Assembly (NCBI GenBank): GCA_017628875.1 | Contig: JAGBYG010000121.1 | Span: 1 to 44,799, forward strand | Direction: 5' to 3' | DNA: 44,799 nt | From: Clostridia bacterium | GTDB lineage: Bacteria > Bacillota > Clostridia > Oscillospirales > CAG-272 | Shown here: piece by piece, positions 31,800 through 40,657 of the stretch | Position numbering within the stretch: position 1 is the stretch's first letter | Layout: each line of letters starts with the position of its first letter | Translations under genes and position numbers: made by a program | Notes under the pieces: generated by a model | The model's input: the letters and a program-made list of their open reading frames with translations, nothing else | What the model was told of the DNA's origin: nothing | Databases searched by the model: none

Positions 31800-33626
31800 T
31801 TAGCCTCCAATCATCTTTTCAAGAGCTTCCACTCTTCTCTTAAGTTTCTGTATCTGCCAAGTGTTAAGCGCGATAAATTCCTCATATCTAAGGCCGCATT
31901 CGCCGTAAATCCCCATTGGCTCGTCAAACTCAACGTAAGCTGCAAGATCCTGCGTTGTGTGACCAGTGTTCTCTACAGACGCCTTAACATCCTGCGCTAT
32001 AAATCCTGTGTGCTTTCGGTCAGATTTGCCAAAGTTATACTTAAAGACAGCAGGTAAAAGCCCGTTATAAATTTCCTCATATTCATCAAGGTCATAACTT
32101 ATTTCGTGTTTTACGTTTCTATCGGAGTTGGTTGCTACAGGTGATCCGTTTGCAGTTATGCTATCGCCTACAAGATGTGTGCCTGATGCGCCACAAGTTA
32201 CGCTACTATAATCGCCATACTTAATAAGCGCACCGCTATAATAAGCTGTCACTTCGCCGCCACCGAGATATTTCATAGAAGGTCCATTGTCGGTGGCAAC
32301 AACTGAGCTATAATTTGTAAATAGACCCGGACCAGAGGAAGTACCACTCGTGCCATAGCCTATATTGCCTAAATAAGAGTAGCCGTTATAAATAAGAAGA
32401 TGGCCCTTTACAATTACATCGTTACCCGAAATAGTGATACCGCTTAAAGTGCCGCCCGTTATGTTTGGGGAATTGATACTCACGCCCGCGCTAAGTGTTC
32501 CTGCAAAGGAGCCCGTTGCTGCACTAAGTTCGCCCGCAAACGTTCCTTTTGCCGCGCTCAAGCTGCCCGCAAACGTGCCGGTTGCCGCGTTCAAGCTTCC
32601 TGAAAACGAGCCGCTTGTTGCGGTCATTTTGCCATCAGAGTCTACTTTGAAGTTCTTGCCTATTCTTAAGCCGCTTGAGCCAAAGTACATTCCCGTTGTG
32701 CCCGAAAATGTCGCGCCATCGGTATACAGATTATCCGTGCCAATATTCCAGTTAGCTATCTTGCCGCTTGTGGCTTTCATATAGCCGGAACTGTTTACGC
32801 TGAAGGTCGGGTTTGCATCTGTGCCGCCTATCTGAATAGAACCGCCTGTTAAGTGAGCGTTGGGGAAATACACAGCACCCGTGTTCATGTACGCAAGCTT
32901 TGTGCTTCCGCTCCAAAAGGCCATCTCATCCGCAGTAAATGTGGAATAAAGCTGAGCCCCCTGTCGGCTTAAAACTCTCTCAAAATATGTGGTTAAGTCT
33001 TCCTTGGTCGGCTCGCTTACTTCCACATAATTACTGCCGTTTTTTGTGTAATAGGTCTTGGCGTTGTTGATTTCTGTGTCTTCCGTTTCTTCATACACGG
33101 AGAAATCTCCGTATATGTTGCCAACGCCCACGCCGTAAACCGGCAGAGCACCGTCGTGATACAAAAGCCCTGTCTTGATGTAGCTCTCCTGATTCACTCT
33201 GTAATCCGAGCTTGCCGCATCAATACCTGCCGAGTAGTTATAAAGCTGAGTAATGCCGTAGGGCGTGCCGTCAATATCCACCGTGGCGTTCTCAAAGTAT
33301 TCACCAAAGTCAGATACCGCCACATAGTTTCCCTGCAGAGAGAGCCCAAAGCTCTCACTGTTCTGCACAGCGTAGTCCGCAGTCTTGATTATCAGGGATC
33401 TCAGAGCTGAATACTCCTGAAGTCTCAGCTCTGTTTCGGGTCTTTTCGCATCTTCGGGGAGCTCACTCGCGTTCACCGCTTGACTCAGCTCGCTCATCAC
33501 CGCATAAGCCGATGTATCACAAGCATTGAGTGTATCTACCATCTGATAAAGGTAGCTTCTCAGCTCGTTTAAACGCTCCTCAGTAGTCCCTTCAGAAATG
33601 GAAGGATAAGCAATATTCAGGTTCAA
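31800..33626 (-). CDS. Tail fibre/spike with C-terminal Peptidase_S74 intramolecular chaperone domain (TTG start, TTGA overlap)
   Basis: C-terminal 109 aa NSDRNVKHEISYD...HTGFIAQDVK...LRYEEFIALNTWQIQKLKRRVEALE with the S-D-x-x-x-K autoprocessing motif; upstream tandem GxFAGxLSAA repeats. Confidence 0.85.
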   Translation of the reverse strand: MNLNIAYPSISEGTTEERLNELRSYLYQMVDTLNACDTSAYAVMSELSQAVNASELPEDAKRPETELRLQEYSALRSLIIKTADYAVQNSESFGLSLQGNYVAVSDFGEYFENATVDIDGTPYGITQLYNYSAGIDAASSDYRVNQESYIKTGLLYHDGALPVYGVGVGNIYGDFSVYEETEDTEINNAKTYYTKNGSNYVEVSEPTKEDLTTYFERVLSRQGAQLYSTFTADEMAFWSGSTKLAYMNTGAVYFPNAHLTGGSIQIGGTDANPTFSVNSSGYMKATSGKIANWNIGTDNLYTDGATFSGTTGMYFGSSGLRIGKNFKVDSDGKMTATSGSFSGSLNAATGTFAGSLSAAKGTFAGELSAATGSFAGTLSAGVSINSPNITGGTLSGITISGNDVIVKGHLLIYNGYSYLGNIGYGTSGTSSGPGLFTNYSSVVATDNGPSMKYLGGGEVTAYYSGALIKYGDYSSVTCGASGTHLVGDSITANGSPVATNSDRNVKHEISYDLDEYEEIYNGLLPAVFKYNFGKSDRKHTGFIAQDVKASVENTGHTTQDLAAYVEFDEPMGIYGECGLRYEEFIALNTWQIQKLKRRVEALEKMIGG

Positions 33627-35410
33627 TAAACATCACTTCCTGTCTCAAGGTTTTTGGCGATAGAGAATATCTTCACTTCGCCTGTTCCGCAAAGCTTCAT
33701 TCTGTAGTGATCGCATCTCGTGGGCAGAATAGAGAATACCTTGCTGTACATTCCTTCTCCATCCCAATGCCCCGCAAACTCCCATTCGCCGGAGTCGTAT
33801 TCCATAAACACATCCATATCAGAACCGGGAGGAAGTATCGCCCTGATGTTGATTCTCCCCACATATTTGTTGTCTGCGTATTCGTAACCAATAAGGCCGG
33901 AAACGGCTTCCCAATACACATCGCCTTCCGCCATACCCTCGTCTGCGATAATCTCTCTGAGAGTGTCGGTTTCGTCTATGAAGTAGAGGTTGTCTCCGCT
34001 CTCTGCAAACTCTTTAACTTTTGTGCCGTCTTCTCTGACCCAAAGGCCCTTTGCTGTGTCATAAACAAAAAGGCTGTATTCGCCATCGCATTCCATAGAG
34101 ATGTAGTATTTGTCTAAAAGTCTGCCGCCTACACCGTTTTTGAACTTGTCATTGCCGAAAGTCTCGTGAACAGGAACGGGAAGAGAGCCGTCATATCTCA
34201 TAACGCCGGTGTTGGATAAGTAATAAAGTCTCTCACCCACTACCTTCAGAGACTTATCAGAACCTTTTTGGACACCCCTACATTGTGTTTCCACAATCTG
34301 ATGTGCGCCTGTCGTGCTGATGTACACTTTGTGCAGGCAGTTCTCTTTGAAGAAGATGGGATATCCCATATATGTTGCCGCGCCCGTCCATCTGCCGTCA
34401 GTACCTACAGAAGCTGCAAAGCTGTCGCTTGATACGCCGAGATATCTTGTCCAGTTCTTGAAGTCGCCTAAAGCGCAGCAGTAAATCTCGTTTACTGTCT
34501 TACCCTCAGAGTTAATGCCGTAGTGACAGCCCCAAAGTCTGTTATTTGACTCTGTGATAAACTCCATGTCAGGAGCTTTTCTTTCGATACTCACTTCTTC
34601 CGCGCTCTGTGTGGTGAAGCTCACAACCTTGTCCAAAAGGCCCACGACGACCACAAAGCCGTTGCCCACCTCATAAAGGACATGAGAGCCGTTGAGCTTC
34701 TCGACCTGCTTAGAAAGGCTCTCGTCGCTTGTCTTCAGGCCCTTGATGTTAACGCCGTCATACTTCTTAAGTCCGTCGCCAATACCGGGCGCAGATATCT
34801 TGACATACACTGTCGCTACGCTTACCCACATACCCGTGGTTTCACTCCACTGCTTAAGGGCGTGAGTCTCTGCGGATGTATCAATCCACAGCTGACCGTT
34901 GGTGGGGTTTTCGGGAGCGGTGATGCTTGCGGTGTTATTAGTCACTTCGTAAGCTGTGCCGTCTACCTTGCAGAGACTAAGCTCCACTTTCTGCCCTGCA
35001 GCCACTCTGTTAATCTGATCGATATAGCCCCACTCGGTAATGTCTGCTGTGTTGATGAACACCTTGTCAGGCCATATAAGCAGATATGCGCCCATACCGA
35101 TAAGCTTCTTGGGCTGCATACTCTCGTTGGTGCTCAGAACAGGACCTTCAATCTTCGCGCCGTTCATGTAAACGTAATTGCCGTCAACATAGATAAGTGC
35201 ATCTTTGAAGATAATCCCCTGCAGGTCGTTCCACGCGGTGTTAATAAAGCCTCTCTTCTGCCTCTGACTCAGCAGAGGAAAATTATCGGAAGAGAGGTTT
35301 TCTGTTTCGTACCACTCGCCGTCGCTGATTCTTACGTTGTGGTTTCTGCCGTAAAAGGTGTCGGTAAAAAGACGGGAGGGCTGGCTATATATCGTGTTCG
35401 GATATTCCAT
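33623..35410 (-). CDS. Large virion/tail structural protein (595 aa), beta-rich
   Basis: AAGGAGGGG RBS; position between the head-completion genes and the tail fibre; no family recognised with confidence. Confidence 0.65.
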   Translation of the reverse strand: MEYPNTIYSQPSRLFTDTFYGRNHNVRISDGEWYETENLSSDNFPLLSQRQKRGFINTAWNDLQGIIFKDALIYVDGNYVYMNGAKIEGPVLSTNESMQPKKLIGMGAYLLIWPDKVFINTADITEWGYIDQINRVAAGQKVELSLCKVDGTAYEVTNNTASITAPENPTNGQLWIDTSAETHALKQWSETTGMWVSVATVYVKISAPGIGDGLKKYDGVNIKGLKTSDESLSKQVEKLNGSHVLYEVGNGFVVVVGLLDKVVSFTTQSAEEVSIERKAPDMEFITESNNRLWGCHYGINSEGKTVNEIYCCALGDFKNWTRYLGVSSDSFAASVGTDGRWTGAATYMGYPIFFKENCLHKVYISTTGAHQIVETQCRGVQKGSDKSLKVVGERLYYLSNTGVMRYDGSLPVPVHETFGNDKFKNGVGGRLLDKYYISMECDGEYSLFVYDTAKGLWVREDGTKVKEFAESGDNLYFIDETDTLREIIADEGMAEGDVYWEAVSGLIGYEYADNKYVGRINIRAILPPGSDMDVFMEYDSGEWEFAGHWDGEGMYSKVFSILPTRCDHYRMKLCGTGEVKIFSIAKNLETGSDVY

Positions 35411-35423
35411 AGCTCACCCCTCC

Positions 35424-35798
35424 TTAGAAGTGGAATCTCGCGCCGCCGTAAACGGGCATATGAGTCTTGTTGTATCTGTCCATAAATGCCTGATATGCTC
35501 TGTTGAACTTTTCTGCGGAAATGTTGTAGTGAAGGCTCTCTTTTTCCGCCTCGTCAATCTTCATGCAGAGATAAAGTCCGTATACCTCGTCATAAGGAAA
35601 CGGGATGAGCAGTTCCTGATCCCAGCTTGTAGCAATGTCATAGCCGCAAAATCTCTCGGGTATGGGCACATGCTGTGAAAAAATCTCATTGTAAGCTCTT
35701 GTGTCGAGCATGCTCAGCCATCTCATTTTCATATTTTCGGGTATCTGATTGCCTTTTCTCAGAATGTCAATTTCTTCTATTGCTTCTCTAATTGTCAT
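35424..35798 (-). CDS. Head-completion/connector-region protein (124 aa from the internal ATG)
   Basis: ATG at 35798 preceded by AAAGGGGGATACCTT and located just after a terminator; the longer ORF-track version overlaps the upstream gene and the terminator. Confidence 0.55.
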   Translation of the reverse strand: MTIREAIEEIDILRKGNQIPENMKMRWLSMLDTRAYNEIFSQHVPIPERFCGYDIATSWDQELLIPFPYDEVYGLYLCMKIDEAEKESLHYNISAEKFNRAYQAFMDRYNKTHMPVYGGARFHF

Positions 35799-35812
35799 AA
35801 GGTATCCCCCTT

Positions 35813-35841
35813 TATAAAAAACAGGGAGGCGCAAGCCTCCC
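35813..35841 (-). terminator. Rho-independent terminator downstream of the capsid gene pair
   Basis: GGGAGGC-ttgc-GCCTCCC (minus-strand reading) followed by TGTTTTTTAT. Confidence 0.7.
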
Positions 35842-35847
35842 CGCCGA

Positions 35848-36081
35848 TTATTCCTTACTAAGTCTGCTTGCAACAGTTTCCATATATCTCTCTTTTGCTT
35901 TTTCTGAGCGCATAAACTCATCATAGACAGCTTTGGGCACCATGTGAGTCTTGCCTCTCGGTAAGAGATAGTTCACGCCGTTAATAGATACGAAAGCATC
36001 GGTCTCGTCTCTGTTGCCTGTTCTCGGAACGTATAATTCCACTCTTTCAGCGGGTTTGTTTTCAGTTTTGGCTGTAGCCAT
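35848..36081 (-). CDS. Small protein downstream of the major capsid gene (77 aa)
   Basis: AAGGAGG RBS; possible decoration/head protein by position only. Confidence 0.55.
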   Translation of the reverse strand: MATAKTENKPAERVELYVPRTGNRDETDAFVSINGVNYLLPRGKTHMVPKAVYDEFMRSEKAKERYMETVASRLSKE

Positions 36082-36101
36082 AATTTCCTCCTTAAGGGTT
36101 G

Positions 36102-36128
36102 GGTGAGGGAGCGTTTAGCTCCCCCACC
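36102..36128 (-). promoter_or_regulatory. Stable hairpin 3' of the major capsid gene (no T-run)
   Basis: GGTGAGGGAGC-gttta-GCTCCCCCACC, 10 of 11 bp paired. Confidence 0.35.
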
Positions 36129-36139
36129 TGTAAAATCAG

Positions 36140-37207
36140 TTAGTTAGCTTCGTCAGTGCCGGAGAAGGAAGAAGCGGACATAACTCTGAGAAGTCTCTCA
36201 GGATAGAGAATGGTTGCGCCGTTGGTCTCGAACTTGTAGCCAACAGTGCTGAACTGCTCAAGAGGACCGCCGATTTCGCCCTTGTTCTTGACGATCATCT
36301 GCAGTGCGCCGCCTTCGGGATCGATGATGCCGAAAGCATCCTTGCCGAAGAAGTAGGTAGCGTAAGTAACAGTACCTGCCTTGTTTGCGTACTCGCCGTC
36401 AAGTACAGGAGCGAAGGTATCTTCGATGAATCTTACGCCGTGAAGTTCGCCGATCTCGCCGTTGAAGATTTCGCCGGGAGCTGCGTACTTGTGAGCTTCC
36501 ATCCAGCCGTCAGACTTACGAAGGTCGTAAGCTACAGAGGGATGAACAACAGCAACGTACTTGCCGTTGATGGTGGGAACTCTGTCCTTCTTCATCTTGG
36601 TAGCAGCCTTAGCAACCATATCGGGAGTGAGAAGACTCATAACAGTTGCGCTTGCTTCCATCTGACCGGGCTCAGTGGGAGTGCCAGCGGATGCGCCGGT
36701 AGCAATGGTAATGTTGTCGCAGTAGAGAACGTTGGTGTTAACGAGCAGAGCGTCACGGATAAGAACTTCCTGAGTCTCTGCAGCAGAAGCACCCATTTCC
36801 TCAGTTGCGCCAAGAATAACGGGGTCGTATGCTCTCAGTTCGAGAACATCGGAGATGGTAGCGTAAGTACCGTACTGATCGATGTTGCCGTACAGAGCGG
36901 TCTGACCGATTTTCTGACCAGTGGGAATAACGCCTTCTTCAAGCTTGGTAGCGCGAGCGAAGGTGTTCCACTTTCTCCACTCTACAAGGCCCTTGTGTCT
37001 TGCGGGCAGGGGCTGCTTCTTACCAAACTGAGCGTAGAACATCTCAGCGCGAGCGTTCTCAAGCAGCTCGGTGTCGTAAAAAGCTTTGAGAGTGGTGTCA
37101 AGGTTGGTGTGAGATTCGGCTTCGCCGGTGTATGCGTTAACGTAATTGGTAGTGGCATTTACAAGAGTGCCAGCGTCAGCAAAAAGCTGAAGGTTGATAA
37201 AATCCAT
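36140..37207 (-). CDS. Major capsid protein, N4-gp56-family-like (HK97 fold), with a Prp-type N-terminal leader
   Basis: 355 aa; FYDTELLENARAEMFYAQFGKKQPLPARHKGLVEWRKWNTFARATKLEEGVIPTG..IDQYGTYATISDVLEL resembles the N4-gp56 family; N-terminus MDFINLQLFADAG. Confidence 0.85.
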   Translation of the reverse strand: MDFINLQLFADAGTLVNATTNYVNAYTGEAESHTNLDTTLKAFYDTELLENARAEMFYAQFGKKQPLPARHKGLVEWRKWNTFARATKLEEGVIPTGQKIGQTALYGNIDQYGTYATISDVLELRAYDPVILGATEEMGASAAETQEVLIRDALLVNTNVLYCDNITIATGASAGTPTEPGQMEASATVMSLLTPDMVAKAATKMKKDRVPTINGKYVAVVHPSVAYDLRKSDGWMEAHKYAAPGEIFNGEIGELHGVRFIEDTFAPVLDGEYANKAGTVTYATYFFGKDAFGIIDPEGGALQMIVKNKGEIGGPLEQFSTVGYKFETNGATILYPERLLRVMSASSFSGTDEAN

Positions 37208-37248
37208 AATTGCTTCTCCTTTCGTATATCGGGAGAAGTCTTAAGCCC

Positions 37249-38268
37249 TTATCTGCCGGGATAGATCTTCTCCCCGCGAGCAGCGGCTTGTGTAATTTGC
37301 TTTTTAAAAGCCTCTCGCTGTTCGCGTGTCATGTTTCTATAATCGAATGTTGACATCGAAGCCGGCTGAGACTGTGCGCCGTTTTCTACGGGGCGAGTCT
37401 TACCTGCCTGTATCGAATTGGAGAGCTTCTCAGATACGGTCTGTGCCGCGGCCTGCATAGTGGCTTTCTGAATTTCTTCTCTGTGCACAGCATAATAGGC
37501 ATCTGCGACGGAAAGATTTACGCCCGGACCTGTCATCCTCATAAATGTGGGATTCTGAAGTTCGGTCTGTAAATCGAAAGAGGGGAAAGTCTTTTTGAGC
37601 TCTTCGCCCTGCTGCTGAAGTTTCATGAAATGCTCCTGCATTTTCTGTTCTTCAGCCGTCTTTCTGTCCATTATTTCTCGCTGTGCCTGCTGTCTTTCGA
37701 GAGTATCGATGTGCCTTGCCATCTCTTCGCTCACGCCCATCTCATCAGCTTTCTTTTCGTAAAAGCGAGTGCCGTTAGCGACAGCTTCGGTAAACTTCTG
37801 CATATCGAAGTTATCCACATCGGTAATGTCCATACCAAGATGCTGGCTTAAAAGCTCAAGTGCGGGTGTTAGCTTGTCGAGCTTGTCCTGCGCTGCTTGG
37901 CTGTCTTTCACTCTTGCCCTCATCATTTTGGACATTTCCTTCTTGTACTCAGGGTCGGCCATGATCTCTTCCCAAGACATGCGGTTCGGTACAGGTGCTT
38001 CGGGGGCTGTTTCTTCGGCAGCGGCGGCCTGCTCTGCTTTCTCATCTGTCTCGGCTTCCTGAATGCGCTGTTCGGGAACTTTAACTTCAGGTACGGCATA
38101 CGCCCGGTTCTTTCTAATCTTGTTCTGCGGAACGCCCAATTCTGCTAAACGAGCCTGTCCGGCGTCGACAGGATTTACGCCCGCTCCACCTTCTCCGCCG
38201 CCTTCGCCTCCGGCTGCGCCGCCGTCAGCAAAAAGCTGGAGATTGTGAAGTTTTATGAGATAACTCAT
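37249..38268 (-). CDS. Scaffolding protein with a Prp-type N-terminal leader
   Basis: 339 aa; helical, E/K/Q/A-rich; between protease and capsid genes; N-terminus MSYLIKLHNLQLFADGG. Confidence 0.75.
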   Translation of the reverse strand: MSYLIKLHNLQLFADGGAAGGEGGGEGGAGVNPVDAGQARLAELGVPQNKIRKNRAYAVPEVKVPEQRIQEAETDEKAEQAAAAEETAPEAPVPNRMSWEEIMADPEYKKEMSKMMRARVKDSQAAQDKLDKLTPALELLSQHLGMDITDVDNFDMQKFTEAVANGTRFYEKKADEMGVSEEMARHIDTLERQQAQREIMDRKTAEEQKMQEHFMKLQQQGEELKKTFPSFDLQTELQNPTFMRMTGPGVNLSVADAYYAVHREEIQKATMQAAAQTVSEKLSNSIQAGKTRPVENGAQSQPASMSTFDYRNMTREQREAFKKQITQAAARGEKIYPGR

Positions 38269-38356
38269 TGGTTGCCTCCATGTTTGTTCTGCCGCTATGG
38301 GCGGCGAGTCCTTATGCGCTTATGTTATAAAATCTGCGTGCGCTTTTTCTATCCCT

Positions 38357-38683
38357 CTACTTTACGGTGAGAGTAAGATTTTCTTTGTAGCCTTTTGCAA
38401 GCAATACAAAGCCGTTCACGATGCTGTCGAGAATGCTCATAACCATCTCGTTATACTTCTTATGAGGCTCAACGCTGATTTCTGCGTATCCGTCCTCGAA
38501 TCTTGTTAAGAGGCTCTTAGGCTTGGCGCATTTAAACTCCACAGCATCGATACAGCTCTGTGCAAATGTGTATGCGAGAATGGTTGCAGCCGCGCAAATG
38601 GGGTCAGAGCCTTTAAGCCCTGCCCCTGCGTGACCTTCAACCTTAAGGGAATGATGCATTCTGTCGTATGTAACGTTAATCAT
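38357..38683 (-). CDS. prp: Prp-like cysteine protease (ribosomal-processing protease family, DUF464)
   Basis: 108 aa; VEGHAGAGLKGSDPICAAATILAY (His/Cys dyad context) and C-terminal ENLTLTVK align with my memory of S. aureus Prp (GHADHGEYGHDIVCAGASAV..., ENIRLNYK). Confidence 0.8.
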   Translation of the reverse strand: MINVTYDRMHHSLKVEGHAGAGLKGSDPICAAATILAYTFAQSCIDAVEFKCAKPKSLLTRFEDGYAEISVEPHKKYNEMVMSILDSIVNGFVLLAKGYKENLTLTVK

Positions 38684-40646
38684 CGGTGTTTACTACCTTT
38701 CCTTCGTCAGGCTGACTTGCTTCCTGACTCTGTTCTCTTGCGTTTCTCACTCTTGCGTGCTCGCCGTTCTGCTCAAGCTCAACCTCTCCACCCATGTTAG
38801 GTAGGGGCTGTCCCGCGCCCTGAAGAATGCTCTGAGCAAGTCCCTCTGCCATTTCGGGTTCATACTTCTGTGCAAGGGTGAGTGCCATCTGCTGATATAA
38901 AACAAGCTGCTGCTGCATTGTGCCGTTCTGTGCAATCTTCTGACTCAGAGTATCTCTGTCATCAAAGTCCATAATGTCAAGACAAGCAAGAGCCTGATCT
39001 GCCATCTGCGGATTGAAGAAGCCAAGCTGATAAAGCTGAAGAGCCAGCTCGTTCTGACTTACCTTTGTGTATACATTCTTTTTCTGTGCAGAAATCTTGA
39101 TGTCGAATACGGGGAGTCTATATCCCATATCCATACCGAAATCAAAGCCCTGATGCTGAGGAAGAATGCCTGCATTTGAATAGGTCACAAACTGATCAAC
39201 GCCATACTGACCCGCAATTCTGAACTTACGGGGATTGTCGTAGAACTGTCTAATCAGCTCAACGCACATATTCACAACTTTAGTAAATGCTCTGTAGCTT
39301 GCTTTGGTAGAGTCTCTCGAACCCTTACCCGCAGCCTCCTGAAGTGCGGCAATTGCGCTTGCTGCAGTTACACCGCTTGAGGATACGCCGGAAGCAGACT
39401 CTGTGTTGCCGCTTGTCTCTCTCAGCTCCTGCACGGTGTTTTCCATAACGGAAACATAAACGCCGTCGAGTGCTCTGAAATCAACCTGCTTGAGAGAGTC
39501 CTCGCCAAGATTGCCGTTAGACTTAATAAGAGGCTTAGTCAGGTCGAGGAAATCAGCCTCGTTGATACCGCCGTCAGCTCTTGAGAAGTATCTCGGTGTA
39601 GCACCTGCCATAGCATTCTTCACAAAGGCAGTATTTAAAAGGTCAATAGTGGTCTGAGGACTTTTGCAGAGATCCACAAAGCCATATCCGCAGTTAGGAT
39701 ATCCTTCAACAGGGAAAAGGCTGTCAAATACAAAGGGATACATGCCGTGGTCGTAAAGGCCTTTAACCGCTGCGGCCTCGCCAACCTGCTGCTGTGCCAT
39801 CATGGGCTCGCCATCCACATAAACAGGATTGTTCATCTCATCACGCATCAGAACATTTCTTGTGGGAACTTCGGTGTCGTTCTCTGTTGCGTAAAGCACA
39901 ATATCGTCAACGTACTTGCAATACTGCAGGACCTTTCTGCCGTCCTGAGCGTAAGAGTGATAGTAAACCTCAATTACCGTCGCCTTGTTCTCTGTGTCTA
40001 CGGTATCGTCGTAGAGGAACTTAGTGGCAGTAAAGCTCTTGCCGGTGAGTTTGCCCTCAAGCTGGGGATAAATTCTCTTTAAAACTTCCTTGTCGGCAAG
40101 CTCTGTGTGGAAAACAAAAGCAGAGTCCTGAATATCGCTGATACCCGGCTCCCAAAACAGATTCAGAATGTTTACATTTGTAATGCTGATATCGCCCAAG
40201 CCGTTGAGCTTACTCTTGTCCCACATTACTTTCTGAACGCTTGTGCCGCTCTTGAGCTTTGCCCATAAAGCGTTGGAGTATGTCTCTTCGTAATCGTTCT
40301 GCTCTAAAATGCAGGGAATAATGCTTGTGAGCATTCTTGCCTCGCCCTTGTCTCCCTCTTCACGGGGAAGAAGCGTGGCTTCGGGATAAGCCTCCATACC
40401 GTCCGCGTGTTTGGAAACGATAACGTTGTGCAGCCATCCCGATTTAGCCTTGTAATCAAGGGCGTTATTAACGTTAAATTCGTTTCTCTCTCGCTGATCG
40501 TTTCTCAGCTTCCACCATTCTTCGGCAGAAACAACTCTGTCTTCGAGCTTTTTCTTGCCGCTTTTGTACTTCTGAAGAACCTTGTTGAACTCCAAAAGCT
40601 GCTGTTTGCCTATCTTCTGTACGATAGGCAGCTGTGTATTCTCCAT
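38676..40646 (-). CDS. Portal protein
   Basis: 656 aa; immediately downstream of TerL and upstream of protease/scaffold/capsid; acidic C-terminus; call based on position and size. Confidence 0.75.
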   Translation of the reverse strand: MENTQLPIVQKIGKQQLLEFNKVLQKYKSGKKKLEDRVVSAEEWWKLRNDQRERNEFNVNNALDYKAKSGWLHNVIVSKHADGMEAYPEATLLPREEGDKGEARMLTSIIPCILEQNDYEETYSNALWAKLKSGTSVQKVMWDKSKLNGLGDISITNVNILNLFWEPGISDIQDSAFVFHTELADKEVLKRIYPQLEGKLTGKSFTATKFLYDDTVDTENKATVIEVYYHSYAQDGRKVLQYCKYVDDIVLYATENDTEVPTRNVLMRDEMNNPVYVDGEPMMAQQQVGEAAAVKGLYDHGMYPFVFDSLFPVEGYPNCGYGFVDLCKSPQTTIDLLNTAFVKNAMAGATPRYFSRADGGINEADFLDLTKPLIKSNGNLGEDSLKQVDFRALDGVYVSVMENTVQELRETSGNTESASGVSSSGVTAASAIAALQEAAGKGSRDSTKASYRAFTKVVNMCVELIRQFYDNPRKFRIAGQYGVDQFVTYSNAGILPQHQGFDFGMDMGYRLPVFDIKISAQKKNVYTKVSQNELALQLYQLGFFNPQMADQALACLDIMDFDDRDTLSQKIAQNGTMQQQLVLYQQMALTLAQKYEPEMAEGLAQSILQGAGQPLPNMGGEVELEQNGEHARVRNAREQSQEASQPDEGKVVNTDD

Positions 40647-40657
40647 ATAAATTCCCC

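Noticed and set aside
36440-37264. 274-aa plus-strand ORF opposite the major capsid gene, and similar ORFs at 34682..35485, 39747..40082, 40805..41269 and 41588..42349
   Set aside because: They are antisense to genes with strong family signatures (capsid, portal, terminase). They have no RBS and their composition is typical of shadow frames.
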